Source: Octopus sinensis
Lineage: Eukaryota
NCBI RefSeq assembly: GCF_006345805.1
Contig: NC_042998.1
Location: 51,460,001 to 51,524,000, forward strand
DNA: 64,000 nucleotides
Direction: 5' to 3'
Shown: positions 14,206-27,437 of the stretch, piece by piece
Position numbering within the stretch: the stretch's first letter is position 1
Layout: every line of letters starts with the position of its first letter
Notes under the pieces: model-generated
Told to the model about the DNA's origin: nothing
Seen by the model: the letters and a program-made list of their open reading frames with translations, nothing else
The model's database searches: none
Translations under genes and position numbers: made by a program

Positions 14206-14805
14206 AAAGGGATAAGCCATGTAGGAAGTTACCAAGGCATAGATTAGCCTACCATCAACAGTTACCCTTGCAAACAACTTACTGTGTACCAATGGATCTA
14301 AGGTAGACTTGTTATAGCTGATTGTATAAGATGACCGCCCCTATTGGAAGTGATTAAGATTAAAATGTTCTTTTATGTATCAACATATACAACATGTTAT
14401 AATTTGAGGGAAAGTAAGCAGCAAAAAAAAATTATCTTTGATTTTCAATGCATGTCCTCTTACTGTAATTAATGTGTTTGCTAGCCATATCCATAATTGT
14501 TTTTACAATAATTTTAAAATGTAATTTTCACTAAAAATTATAACATCTGAAGTTAATTTATAATTGAATGGTATTCTTTGATATCAGTATTATTGATAAT
14601 CTTTAATCAGTTCTAAATCTGAAATTAAATTCAAAATGATCGAATGTTTGAGAAATGCTAATTTTATATTTTTTTTATATTTTCGCTTTCTATGAGGGTT
14701 CTAACTTTATATAAACAAAAGAAAAAATAACATACAAACACACATTCAATGTTAAGTTTTTGCTAGAAATAGTGCAAAAAAAACACGATCATAGAATTCC
14801 TTATA

Positions 14806-15122
14806 CAGGCATGCATCAACTTACATTGATTACTGGTTCCAAGATATGTGACTTAACTTAAAAAATGATGTAACACAAAAAATGTTTTAAAAATTTAATG
14901 TGCTTTAATAAATGATTTGTGCATATTTTCACGTGTATTTTATTTGATTTTCTACATCAGTACTGGTATTTAAGTATTTTGTTGCTTTTTAAAAAAGTTT
15001 TTATGGTTTTAAATATGTTTTCCTTTAAATATGACAAACATAAAATCAGGTAAATCAACTTAATTTGGGGTTTATTTTCCCATTAATTTTTTTTTTTTAA
15101 TTATGTAAAGTCGGAAAACATG
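14806..15122. mobile_element. Possible old pogo/Tigger-type MITE
   Basis: TA|CAGGCATGCATCAACTTACAT ... ATGTAAAGTCGGAAAACATG|TA degenerate TIRs. Confidence 0.35.
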
Positions 15123-15352
15123 TAATTTGAAACTACAAAAGGTGAGATATGCCTATAAAACAATATATATTTTTATTATTATCCAAACAGTTAGACACTT
15201 ATTATTTCTTGTAGGATGATTTACATTCAATGACATTGGTATAGTCAGGCAAACAACTTGCATCTGGTCAGAATATGACATATATTTATATATTTACATA
15301 ACTTGAAGGCTGAAAATGTTTTGGGAGTTTAGATCACAAGAGATCAAAACTA

Positions 15353-15453
15353 TTCCACTGAAGAGGAATAGATTGCCACTAAAATGCTGCTTGCAGACTG
15401 CTTGTAAGGAATTGCACCAATTGCACATTTATTCTTGAAACAGGTGTAAGGGC
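15353..15453 (+). ncRNA. Hammerhead-ribozyme-like relic H1 (core intact, stems I and III damaged)
   Basis: CTGAAGA 15358-15364, GGAATA..TATTCTT stem II, GAAAC 15437-15441, AGGT, GTA 15446-15448. Confidence 0.4.
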
Positions 15454-15791
15454 TATATGCACACCTTCCATCTGCTCATCCAACTTTGATTTTATTTGTG
15501 ATGACCTTCATTAACCTACTATCTAATATCAATAATATGGCCTTCCCTTATAATTGTTCCAGGAGAATACCAGCATATATCACAACCATTATGAACATGC
15601 CTCAACTGATCTTTTATTTATCTCTTGTGATCTAAACTCCTAAAACATTATTTTAAACCTTCAAGTTGTGTAAATATATAAGCTTCATAATCTGATCAGA
15701 TTCCAATTGTCTGTCTGCCTACACCTTATTCTTATATGTGTGTGTGTATAATCAAATGAATGAATAATAACATATGATGGATAATTGTCAG

Positions 15792-15876
15792 CTCATTACA
15801 GCTGTTTCTTACACATTTTTTAATTGAAGAATGAGAAATTTTACTGCATTACAAGAAACCGCAATCATCTGATGAA
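15792..15876 (-). ncRNA. Type-I hammerhead-like motif H2 (U4 to A variant)
   Basis: Minus strand: TTCAT-CAGATGA-TTGCG[46 nt]TGTAA-GAAAC-AGCT-GTA-ATGAG; all three stems pair. Confidence 0.6.
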
Positions 15877-16228
15877 ACGTAATTTTACGAACAAAAGAAT
15901 ATCCCAAGAATACAGCAGGGATGTGGCTGAAGTCTGTTGAGGCCAACTATGAAATGGGAGACTGACCAACTAAGTTGGCCATTGAGTTTAAGAATATAGT
16001 TCTTGAAAGTGTGTAATATATCTAAGGTCAGCAACCCAGGTGAGAAAGGAGTGTCTTAGACTAGTTCATAGGTAGACTGGAGTCGTGTAGCTGATATTTT
16101 ATTATAGTAGGCTTTAGAGCAGTGGGAAGTATGGAAAGATCAGTCTCCCATTTCATAGTTGGCCTTGACAAACTTCTGCCACATCCCTGCTGTATTCTTG
16201 GGATATTCTTTTCTTTGTAAAATTATGT

Positions 16229-16314
16229 TTCATCCAATGATTACGATTTCTCTGTAATGGAGTAATATTCTCATTCTTCTGTTAAAAAGATGCATAAGAA
16301 ACAGTTGTAATGAG
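16229..16314 (+). ncRNA. Degenerate hammerhead-like motif H3 (inverted partner of H2)
   Basis: TTCAT-CCAATGA-TTACG...CATAA-GAAAC-AGTT-GTA-ATGAG; core positions 4 and 5 altered. Confidence 0.5.
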
Positions 16315-16611
16315 CTGACATTTATCCATCACATGTTATTACTCATTTGATTATAATACACCTAGGGGATTTACTTGTCGGACACCCTAGAGTATACCAA
16401 CAACGTTCTATTCAATGTAATACGTGATTTGGACCAGGCTCTAGGCGCTAAATACTCATAGAGTTAGTTTTCTGTGTACACAACCGGAATATCCTATTTG
16501 ATACTTACCAACCATAAGCCAGAACCACAGGTTTATCCACCCCCACCTGCTGCATATCTTTTCAAGTACCTGATTCTATCTGAATCCTTATTTTACTATA
16601 TATGTTTCATC

Positions 16612-16960
16612 ACCATCATCATCATTTAACATCCATTGTCCATGCTGGCATGGGATGGACAGTTTGACCATAGCTGGCAAGCTGGAGAGCTGCGCAAGAC
16701 TCCAGTCTGATTTGCATGGTTTCTACAGCTGGATGCCCTTCCTAATGCCAACCACTTTACAGAGTTTGCTGGCCGCTTTTATATGGCACCGCACAAGTGC
16801 TTTTATGTAGCACTGCCAGAAGAATTGGACTTCACACTTCTGCTGTGGCATACTGGTCTTCTTGAGTATGGCAAGGCACCTGGCATCTCGATCCTTTGTC
16901 ATCTTGTCTGAAAGGTTTAGTGTCCTGAGGTCATTCTTTTGTACTTCATATATCTGTGCA
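16612..16960 (-). mobile_element. SINE/non-autonomous element with RTE-like (GAT)n 3' tail, family D
   Basis: CATCATCATTTAACATCC..CATGCTGGCATGGG..CTACAGCTGGATGCCCTTCCTAATGCCAACCAC body. Also at 4000-4160 (+), 19300-19825 (+), 22350-22720, 34340-34620, 38205-38345, 41970-42150, 55080-55330, 61162-61455. Confidence 0.7.
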
Positions 16961-19900
16961 CACACACGCAAACACATATATATATATATCCGTGTTGTTG
17001 TTTAACTAGGTCTTTCTTCATTAAACAAAATTATGATCAAAAGTCTTCCAGCCATGATAATTGCATCTTTTAGAGGTTACTGGGCATTACATTGTATTCA
17101 TCATTGTTTTAGAAAATGGTATCTGACTTAAAAGAAATTCAGCTGTTGTTTCTAGAAAATCAAGCAACCATGTAGAAGCATCCCTCTCCCCGTTGTCCTC
17201 TATTGTAGAATTGGTAGCAAAGTACACCAAAATATAATTGTTATAACTAGGATTTAAAATATTTGACATAATGTGTTTAACTGTTTGTGATGGATGGGTC
17301 ATCAATGAAATAGGTCACAAGTTCATAATTGCACTGTGATATATTCACACACGAGGTACAACACTTGTCTCAGTCAACTGCTAACATAAGAATCATTGCA
17401 ATTTCATGGTTGAGAAAGGACATCTGGTGGTAAGAATAAATTCTCGATAATTCTTGTTCATGCCTGAATTAGTAAATCCGCTCAACAAAATTAATATGGA
17501 GAAAGCCAGTGTAGATGTTAAGAAACCTGAAAATATTTTGTTTTTCAAAAAAAAAAAATGGCATGGCTGCTATCAAATTCTATTTTTTCTTTTTTTTTTC
17601 CTAGCCTTCAATCAAAGTTGAATCTGTGAAGTATCTGTAAAGAGGTCGGGCTTATTGATCTCTGGCTTAACATTCTGGAGGTCTTGTGATACACATCTCT
17701 GTGTTTTTTTTAGTTTTTGATTTTGCTTTTTGTTTTTTTCCTTGATAATATTCTATACTCACAATGAAATATACATCTTATCATTTTGGAAATTTATGGG
17801 GTTTTTTTTTGTTGTTGTTTTTTTCTTCTTTTTACCTTACTTGGATTTCTTTTGTTGCCTTAGTAGTGTATGGTTTCTTTTATACTTTTATTTTTCATGG
17901 CGTCATATACATGCGCACGCACATATGTGCGTGTGCAAGCATATATAACATGATAATGTTGCACAAGTCTCTGCTTCTTATTTCACTAACAAAACAAACA
18001 CAAAAGCTTGGGTGGTTGGCAACAAAGGCAACTGAGAATGAATTGGAAACTTCAGGTTAGATCTAATGCATTAATAGCATGTGTTTCTTAGTTTCCAAGC
18101 AGCTATTGCTCAGTGAAGGTTGCTTTTACTAGATATCATTATCACTGAGTTGCTTTTTTTTTTTTTTTTTTTTGCTTATAAGGTATGCCTTTTATTGAAG
18201 TGGCTCACCAATTGGATTGTACTCATTTCTTCAATCAGAAGTTTCCTGTTGGACCACTTCATCACAGGATGTGTCAACAAGCATGATCCACATACAAGCT
18301 AGCCATTTCATGTCAAACATCAGTACTTCTGAGAAACTGAAAACCTCTTCCAATAGTTCATGCTAGCTTCACCTTTTTGAACAACACCAAGACAACAACC
18401 ATTGCTCATATCAAGGAAACAGCCTTCCCTTGACTTAGAACAGTACACAAATAAAACTTCAAGAAGCTAATAATTACATTTGATCAATGCAGCAAGCTGG
18501 CAGAATTGTTAGCACACCAGGTAAAATGCTTAGCAGCATTTCATCCATCTATATGTTCTGAGTTCAAATTCAACCGAGGTCAACTTTGTCATTCATCTTT
18601 TCTAGGTTGATAAAATAAGTACCAGTTAAGCACTGGGGTCAATGTAATCAATTTACCTCTCCCCTAAAATTGCTGGCTTTTGCAAAATTTGAAACTAATA
18701 ATGACATATGATAATGTATAATCATAGCCAAAGCTGAATTCAAAAGATTTTATCAGAGCCAGAAAATAGGACAGGTTTAATAAATGTTCAGATCTGTATA
18801 TTTCAGCATTGAACTGTTATTGACCTTCTACAAAACAAATGTGATTCTGAGAGTATTGATCATGTATTTGGGATAGGGTAGTTGTTACTCTCTTTCCTTC
18901 CCACCCAACACACAGCTCTTCTAAATCATATTCAAAATACGATTATTCAACTGACTGAGACCACTCCACCACCACCCACCTATACACCACACAGCCACTA
19001 GCTTACCTATAAAATATATATATATACACCCTGTGTCTCTTTTACTCATACTACAACTGTTCCTGATTTTCTAAATTTGTAAGCTAATTAGTACAACATC
19101 TCTACATAACACTTGATACTCTCTTATCTCCTCCTCTTACCCCTGATACTAAACACTTCTCCTAATCCTTTCATCCCTATCCATATTTTGTGCAACAGAT
19201 AATCTATAGATGTTCAAACAGGACATCAATATTGATGTCACCATAGCAGTAAAACATGGGCTGTGTCAGCAGAGGACATGTGTAGGCTTGAAAGAAGTGA
19301 AGCTAGGTATAATGTCAGTGTGCATGTATGATGGAATGTAAGCATCTTGAGAAAAAAAGTTAGGCAATGACTAGTGACTGAGACCTTTGGCAATATACCA
19401 TGCTTGAGAAGGCCCACAAGCCAAATGAAATCATGGTCATAACCAATGTCTGTATCACATAAATGGCACCCATGCTGGTTGCATATAAAAAGTAACTTTT
19501 TGGGCATTGGGCCTCACAGAGGCAAGGTGGCCAGTGCTGGTGGCACGTAAAAAGCCCCTTTGAGCGTTGGGCCTCACGGAGGCAATGACAAATGACCAAG
19601 CTCTTTGACATTATGCTGTGCTTAAGAAGACCCATCAAGCCAAGTGAAATCATCACAAGATACTGGTGCCAATGGCCTGTAAAAGCACCCATTACACTCC
19701 TGGAATGGTTGACATTAGGAGGGGCATCCAGCAATAGAAACCATTTGAAATCAGCCCCTCAGCTTGCCAGCACTGGTTAAACCATCCAACCCATGCCAGC
19801 ATGGACAACAATGATGATGATGATAAAACACATTTTTCAGTTTCCACCAACCAAATCCGCTCATAAGGCTTTGGTCGGTTGAGGGCTATAGTAAAAGATA

Positions 19901-20344
19901 CTGGCCCAAAGCATCATTCAGTTTGACTGAACCCAGAACCATGTGGTTGGCAAGCTAACTTCTCACCAGACAGTCACACCTGCACCTTTATGACCACACC
20001 TGTGCCTATATTATCCTCCCTGCACCTTTATAGCTACACCTACACCTATGTAGTTATGACTGCAACTATATTTATTTAGAAAAAAAATCTATATAATAGC
20101 TGACACCTGGAATAAACATTTGCCAGCTGTTCTTCATATGTGACTATTTTGTGTGCCTGTATATTGAAGCTTTCTTTAAATACATTTATAGACTTATTAA
20201 AAGAGGATTAATAGTACCCATGACTTTTGCAGGTCCTTCAGATGTCTGGCAAGGCTTACCACCCAAAATAAATTTATATAACTGTATATTTGATTTTCAG
20301 ATTGTATATACACAAATATATTTTGATTCTTTTTTGAATTTCAG

Positions 20345-20495
20345 ATGATTGGCCTTGCATTTGAGATCCATGACACAAAGTATCCACCAAGACAAGGAGA
20401 AAGTAATAACAAATTAGTGAAGCTTTATCAGAATGTTGACCCTGGTGTCACAGATATCTTCAGCTATGCTTATTGTTACATGGGCCTACTGGCAG
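20345..20495 (+). CDS. MBOAT7: MBOAT7 coding exon (151 nt, phase 0 to 1)
   Basis: Acceptor ttcag, donor CAG|gtaag. MIGLAFEIHD...IFSYAYCYMGLLAG matches MBOAT7 LVSLASEVQD...LSYSYCYVGIMTG; in frame with both neighbours. Confidence 0.93.
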
Positions 20496-20780
20496 GTAAG
20501 AGTTTATCTTCTCTTGTTCTAATGACATGACAATAAGTGGCAAAAGTTGAAAATGTTATTAGATTTTGTCTTGAGTGATATTCTTTATTAGATTTAATAA
20601 GACTGAGGTTGTAAGTTCATCCAGTAATGTAGCTGTTTTATTTTTATTTTTCATTTTTAAAAATCATTGTTCATGGAAACTAGTGATTGTTGGTTATTAC
20701 AAAAGACAGTGAATACAGTATTTTCAAGGCATACAAGTCAACATAGTATGTTGTGTAAACAATCAAATTTTATCACTATA

Positions 20781-21125
20781 CTAGCAGTATTGCCCGGCGT
20801 TGCTCGGGTTTGTTTCGACCTTTTACTTTAGAATTGGAATTTTTGAAAAGTAAAAAATTTGCATTATGTAGCTTGTTATTCTCTTTAAGTGAACATTTTT
20901 CTGGTTGAAATACACTGAAAAATGGCAAGACAGCAGTCAAAAAATCATTAAAAAAATAGAGATTTTCATAGAAAAAAAGCACCTTTTTGATGTAATTAAT
21001 CATTGGTCGTAACATGGTTCGATTTGAATTTTATCTTCTACGGAATGAAGAGCAAGCCCTCTATCATACTCTCAATTTTGGTCAATTTGTGCCACAGGGT
21101 CTCAGAGGAGAAGCATATATATAGG
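20781..21125 (-). mobile_element. Non-autonomous Helitron, 3' part
   Basis: Minus strand ends ACAAACCCGAGCAACGCCGGGCAATACTGCTAG|T (subterminal hairpin plus CTAG); this end is shared with 38826-39230. Confidence 0.75.
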
Positions 21126-23017
21126 CTTCTCTTTTTGTTCATTTCTGAGCTGAGCAGTTTAAATATAATGAGAGTACTCTGTTGAGCCAATGCCCAAAAT
21201 CCTAAATTTGCTAAACCTATTCACCTTTTAGCATTTATACTGGTTATATGTGGCCCTATTTACCTATTTTCTGTTCAAACTGACCTTCAAACCCTAACCC
21301 TAATTTTCTATTCAAACTGACCTTCAAAGAGCTCTTCTTTCTCACAGTTACCTACAATCTCATCCTTAAAGTAAACAATCTCATCACTGAAATCTCAAAG
21401 CTACAAGATTAACTTAAAACAACGTGAATAAATAGGCATTGCAGTTTACAGAGTAATCAGAGTGTTAAATTTTAAAAACATCAAAATTTAAAAAAAAAAA
21501 AAAAAAGAAAACAGTAAAATCTTGTTACCTCAAAAATGAATAGAAAATAAGGTAAAATATTTGGGCCAGATATGGCTGGTATAAATGCTAAAAGATTAAT
21601 AGGCTTAGCAAATTTAGGTTTTGGCACATTGGCTCTTGTAATACTTGAATAAACATCTTTCTTCCTATTTAAACATAGTAATTTAAACATATTAGCTCTT
21701 ATTGAGGATTCACTCTGTGGTCATTATCATTTTTTCTTTTTTTTTCTTTTGCTCAGCGATATCATTTTTCAGTATCAGTGACAGTTCCTCCCATGCTCTT
21801 GAGCACTTGGGCAGCAAGCTGATGCCACTGGTTTCTGTTGGCCATGTAATATTAGCTTCTCTCATGTCGGTTATGAATGTTCTGTGCCATGATGCTTTCA
21901 GTCATCCTCTCTTTCTTTTTCCCTCCAGTAGTGTCCTTTTCAAAGCTGTTTTAGAATGACATTTTTCTGGTAGCCCAGATTAAAACCTATTAGTTTTAAT
22001 CTCTGTTCTGTGATGGTTCCAGTATCATATTCAGGAATACATTATACATTGTCTTTTAAGACAGCAAGATTTTATTTAAAGGAGATTTTGCCAATATTTG
22101 TAGAGGCTCTGTTGTTGGTTTGTGGCTTAAAGCATATTGTGGAAAAGTTGGTCTAAGTAATCATACATTCAAGACCTGTCCTAACCCATTAGTACTTAAA
22201 CTGGCCATATCCAGCTTAGATACTTTCTCTGTTTGATGTTCAAATCAGCCAGATCCAGCCTCTCATACCAACTGTATGATGTAATTCTAAAAATAGTCAC
22301 TTCCTCAAAATCTCAAATCTTCAAAATATTGCATGATAAATGTCACAACCACCATCAGCATCATCATTTGTACCATCATTTAGCATCTGTTTTCCATGTT
22401 GGCGTGGGTTACATGATTTGACTGGAACTGGTAAGCCAGAGAGCTGTTCTAAGCTTCAGTTTGATTTTGGCTTGGCTTCTACAGCTGGATGCCCTTCCTA
22501 ACACCAACCACTCCAAGAGTGTAGTGGGTGCCTTTTATGTGTCACAGGTGCCTCTTAGAAGATGCTCAAATTGTCCACAACTTTGATTTCTCTTGACATG
22601 ACGAGTCTTCTCAAGCACAGCAAACTGCCAAAGTTTTCAATCATTTGTCATTGCCTCTTTGAAACCCAACATCTGAAGTTCATGCCTCACCACCTTGTTC
22701 TATGTCGACTTCTTCCACAGGTTCCTTCTCTAGTTAGGGATTGAAACTTCTTTATGCAGCTGTTCTCATCCATACACATGTCCTCACCCATAGAATAACC
22801 ATTACACTTGACAGAGTAATCTGAATGCTAAAGGTTTGAACAATATGCATTATGATGTTATGATGTTTACTTTAGTTAACAAACCTCCTTTTAAAACTAA
22901 GTGTTGGATGTCTTAACTATTCATTTTTTTTTTTTTTAATGGCATAAATGTAATGAACTGCTTAGTTACACATGCTGCATAAAAAGATGTAAAATATCTC
23001 AACCCTTTTGTTACCAT

Positions 23018-23228
23018 ATTTATTTTGAAATGCTCTGTTTCTTTCAGTTAATTCTAAATCTAACAAAGAATTTAGTAAAATAACTTAGTTATCATTAAGC
23101 TAGTGTTAGGAACATAAATTGTGATTTAGGTTTGGTGGAAGATTTTAATTCAAAACTTACGAAGACAAGACATTTGTACTACAGACCAGAGCTAGTTTCA
23201 GCTCGGTTGCTATCGAAAAGATTGAATT
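23018..23228. mobile_element. Second piggyBac-like MITE family
   Basis: TCAACCCTTTTGTTACC ... GCTATCGAAAAGATTGAA degenerate TIRs; related pieces at about 7229-7421 and 56700-56830. Confidence 0.5.
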
Positions 23229-24284
23229 AAAATGCTATAGAATGCGTAAACATTACTCATTTTGTAATTTTTTTTAATATATGTATTAATTTTTATTTTG
23301 ATGCATAAATTTTTCATAGCATTATCTTATTATGTTCAAGATATCAGTTATGTCTTTCATTTCATTTTCTAAGTCAAGGTTATTTGAAATGTAATACTTG
23401 AGCACCACGACATGAAGAATAACAAAAAAGAAATGGATGGGGTTAAAATACAACATTAACTCATTAGCGTTTTAACTGGCCATATTTGGCTCAAATATTC
23501 TATCTGCTTTATGCTAAAACTTGTCAGATTTACAATTTTATTCTCAAAATAATCAATCACATCAGCAAAATCTTGAAGCTTTGAGTTAATGCAAGATTAA
23601 TTTTTAAATGTGAAGAAATAAACATTACATTTGACAGAGTAATCTGAATGTTAAAGGGTTAAATAAAATATTCAAGGTTATTTTATATATATATATATTT
23701 ATGTGTGTGGTAAGTAGTGTAGCTTGCTTACCAAACACATGGTTCCAGGTTCAGTCCCACTGCGTGGTACCTGGTGCAAGTGTCTTCTACCATCGCTTGA
23801 CAACCGATGTTAGTGTGTTTACATCCCCTGTAACTTAGCAAAAGAGGCCAATAGAATAAGTACTAGGTTTACAATCTTGGTGTCGATTTGTTTGACTAAA
23901 GGTGGTGCTCCAGCATGGCCACAGTCAAATGACTGAAACAAATATATATATATTTTATCTTTTATTTGTTTCCTTAGATTTTGACCATGCTGGGGTACAG
24001 CCTTGAAGGGGTTTAGAGTTTATTCTATCAATCTCTTTTCTAGGTTATGAGGGGCACATGAATAAATGAACACTGGTTGTCAACAGGCAATGGGTGGGGA
24101 ACAAACACACACACATATATATAGCAGGCTTCTTTTTAGTTTTCTGTTTGCCACATCCACACTCACAAGGCTTTAATCAATCCAATCTAAAGCAGAAGAC
24201 ACTTGCCCAAGGTGTCATGCACCAAGACTGAAACCAAGACCACCTGGTTGGGAAGCAAGCTTCTTAACCATACACCCATTGCTT

Positions 24285-24362
24285 TCTTCTTCTTCTTCTT
24301 CTTCTTTTTCTTCTTCTTCTCCTCCTCCTCCTCCTCCTCCTTCTTCTTCTTCTTCTTCTCCT
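24285..24362. repeat. Compound (CTT)n(CTC)n microsatellite
   Basis: Directly visible; produces the poly-K/E/F/S ORFs. Confidence 0.9.
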
Positions 24363-25109
24363 CCAACACCAAAACCACCAACACCAAGTAATTTTCATTA
24401 TTTGTCTTTAGAATGGAAATACACTTTTATTTGTTGTCTTGGCTATTATTTATTCTGCTGAACTCTGACTTAATGTATCAAATCTAACCAAAAGCCATGG
24501 ATTAATTACTATTTTAATAATTCTCCTTTCAGTATGCTCATTCTTGATGACGTATTATTTACCTTGATATTTTTTGTTTCTTTTTTTTTAAACAAGAATT
24601 ATTTTCTTCTCATTTGCTAATCACTTATTGTGTGTGTGTCTAACAGAGAAGGAACTTAATATGGCTTATAGGTTTATTTTAAAAATATGTTAAGGAGAAT
24701 TAATTTTGCACATACATACACAACTCACTCTTGCATACAATGTAGAATCTTATTCCAACAACAACTCTCAACTGTGTAGTTCTAAGGAGTTACAACCAAT
24801 TGTCCAAAACCATCTTTTCAAAATGAGAAAATTTTAATCAAATCTTAGATTTCTGATTTCAAAAGAACATTAATAACTTTCTTCAGATATCTTCTTCATT
24901 CTTATAAGCTGCAAGGCTCCCAATAAATAAAATCTCTAGTTGTGAAAGAAATCCAAGTATAATCTTACTGTCTCACTATATATATATATATATATATATA
25001 CATGCACATGTATATGTATATATACATACACACATATGTAATTATATATACATATATATAGAATTATATATAACAAAAGAGGAAGTTGGAAAATTTATTG
25101 GTGTTATAT

Positions 25110-25200
25110 ATTCACCATTACATGTGTTTCATTTGCTATTAGGAATTACAGAGTTTTACATGTAAGGAATTTCCTATTAGAAATTCTTCAGACTGAGAAT
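25110..25200 (-). ncRNA. Type-I hammerhead-like motif H4 (core intact)
   Basis: Minus strand: ATTCTCAGT-CTGAAGA-long imperfect stem II (54 nt between A9 and G12)-GAAAC-ACAT-GTA-ATGGTGAAT; (TA)n begins about 45 nt downstream. Confidence 0.6.
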
Positions 25201-25457
25201 TAAATAAGGAAACAGCAGGGATTTTACCCTTCCTGTCAGCATAACTATATATTATCATCATCATTTAACATCTGCATTCCATGCTAGCATGGGATGGACA
25301 GTATATGTCCATATGTGTGTGTGTGTTTGTCATCATCATCAATATATGTACATACACATGTGAATTATATATCTCATTATATATTGCATATACATATATG
25401 TATAATTACACACAGGTACATACATGCATGCATGCACACACACACACACACACACAC

Positions 25458-25501
<44 letters not shown>

Positions 25502-26820
25502 AACACACACACACAATGGTCAACTTAAAGCTACAGAAGACACAGTGAGATTAAGCCTAGAAGCACCTAGCTGTGAAATAAAATTAATCACAACTATAAG
25601 TGCATTGAATTGGCAGAATTGATAAATTACACATCAGCAAGCTGTATACTCCAAAGCTGCATCACAAGCTATTCATCTTTGCAAGCAGTGTCTCTAAATA
25701 AGAATTGATATAGAGTAGCTGAGACTCATTAGTCCATCTCATATAGGACAACCTCTTCTGTGATGGCAACACAATGAAATGCACCAAATACATTCTGTAA
25801 AGTGGTTGGTGATAGGAAGTGCATCTGTAGAAAAGGAAAATGTCACTTCACAGGCTACTAATTTACCGAAGCAGTTATTCCAGATAAGAACAGGCAAACC
25901 ATGATGATCTAACCTACGCCAACATAGAAAACTGAACGTTGGAAGGATTTTACATACACACGTATATAGATTTCCTTGAAAGCAGTTACCCTGTATGTAG
26001 ACCCTAAGAAGTTTCTCTCTCCTCTGTCTAGACTGCTATTGCTCTATGAAGAAAAACAAATAAGAAAACACTTGCATTCCATGAATTTCTACCAGATTCT
26101 AATTGTTTTTCATCTGAAAACATCATTCTTCATAAAACACTTAGTTTTTACTCCTCAAGTTATATCATGCTGATGAACTCTAAAAAGAACAAGATAGCCC
26201 TACACATGATTACCTCTAGCTAGAAATTTTAAGAACATTATAAGCAAGCAAAATAAAACTTAAATATGCATATTCTGTGCATCTTTTTCTTTATTCCTTA
26301 ATTTCAAATTCAAACTTCTAATCCCACCAAATATTATAAAGACATGATTATCTCCCTTGTATTAACTGTCTGCTATGGGACAGAACAGGTTTGTGTGTGT
26401 GCGCACGCACACACACACACACATATTGAAAGGGAGGGAGTTCAGAATTCTGTACTGAAGATAGAGCATTGCCGTATTCTCTAAGGTATAACAAATTAAG
26501 CAACAATGATTTAAGTTCTTGAATTTAATGTAGTCCTTGATACACAATGCAAGATAAAAACGATGGGATCTTCACCATTGTCTAATACATAAAACAAGCA
26601 ATTTGTCTACATTGTTGAAACTTTAAAATGTCATTTTTCAAATCCATTGGATAGGCATTGCTGTGTGGTATGAGATTTTGCTCCCCAACCACATGGTTCT
26701 GGGTTCAGACCCACTGTGTGGCACTTTGAGCAAGTGTCTTCTACTATAACCCCATGCCAACCAAAGTTTTGTGAGTGGATTTTTAGACAGAAACTAAAAG
26801 AAGCCCATTTCATATTTGTG

Positions 26821-26853
<33 letters not shown>

Positions 26854-27285
26854 ATGCATGTGTGTGTGTGTGCACATTTGTGTCTCCTTGCTTAGCATCA
26901 TGCGGTGGTTATAAACGAGTGGTGTCCTTCATTTTCATTATTCTTTGTAAGCATCTGGTCGTGGAGAAATATTACCTTACTTGGAAATAGATGAGGGTTG
27001 GCAACAGTAAGGGCACCTGGCCATAGAAAATCTGGCTCAACAAATTCCATCCGAACTTGGAGGAGCAAACATTAAAACAATACCAATGATGATTTAAGAA
27101 AATCTGTTTCAGAGAAATAGAACAAAAAGTCAATTTTTTTTTACTGCATTCTTTCAAAGTTTGTTTAATTATGTATTTTCTTTTTTTTTTTTTGCGTGTG
27201 TTTGTTTTGAGTCAGTATACTGTGATTTTCTGCTAATAACACTTGATACTAAATTTGTGTATCTTTCTTGTCTTCTTATTTGCAG

Positions 27286-27437
27286 GTCCATACATGAAGT
27301 ACCGTACATACTATGACATGCTTCATGAGCCAGACACTAATGACATTGAAACTGTGAAACCAATGTTACGCAGATTATCACTTATACCAATCATTGCACT
27401 TGGTTATTTTACCATGTCACATTTTTTCAGTATCAAA
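27286..27437 (+). CDS. MBOAT7: MBOAT7 coding exon (152 nt, phase 1 to 0)
   Basis: Acceptor tttgcag, donor AAA|gtaagg. (G)PYMKYRTYYDMLHEP...SHFFSIK matches GPFFRYRTYLDWLEQP. Confidence 0.93.

Larger units (their letters stand above)
15747..16355. mobile_element. Fold-back element with ~220-bp inverted arms, each carrying a hammerhead-like motif
   Basis: Arms 15747-15965 and 16140-16355 are reverse complements with scattered mismatches; 174-bp spacer; left end abuts a (TG)n/TA tract. Confidence 0.85.

Noticed and set aside
15215-15315. Possible C/D-box snoRNA (GATGAT ... CTGA); similar case at 45535
   Set aside because: Box C is imperfect, there is no terminal stem, and no recognisable guide sequence.
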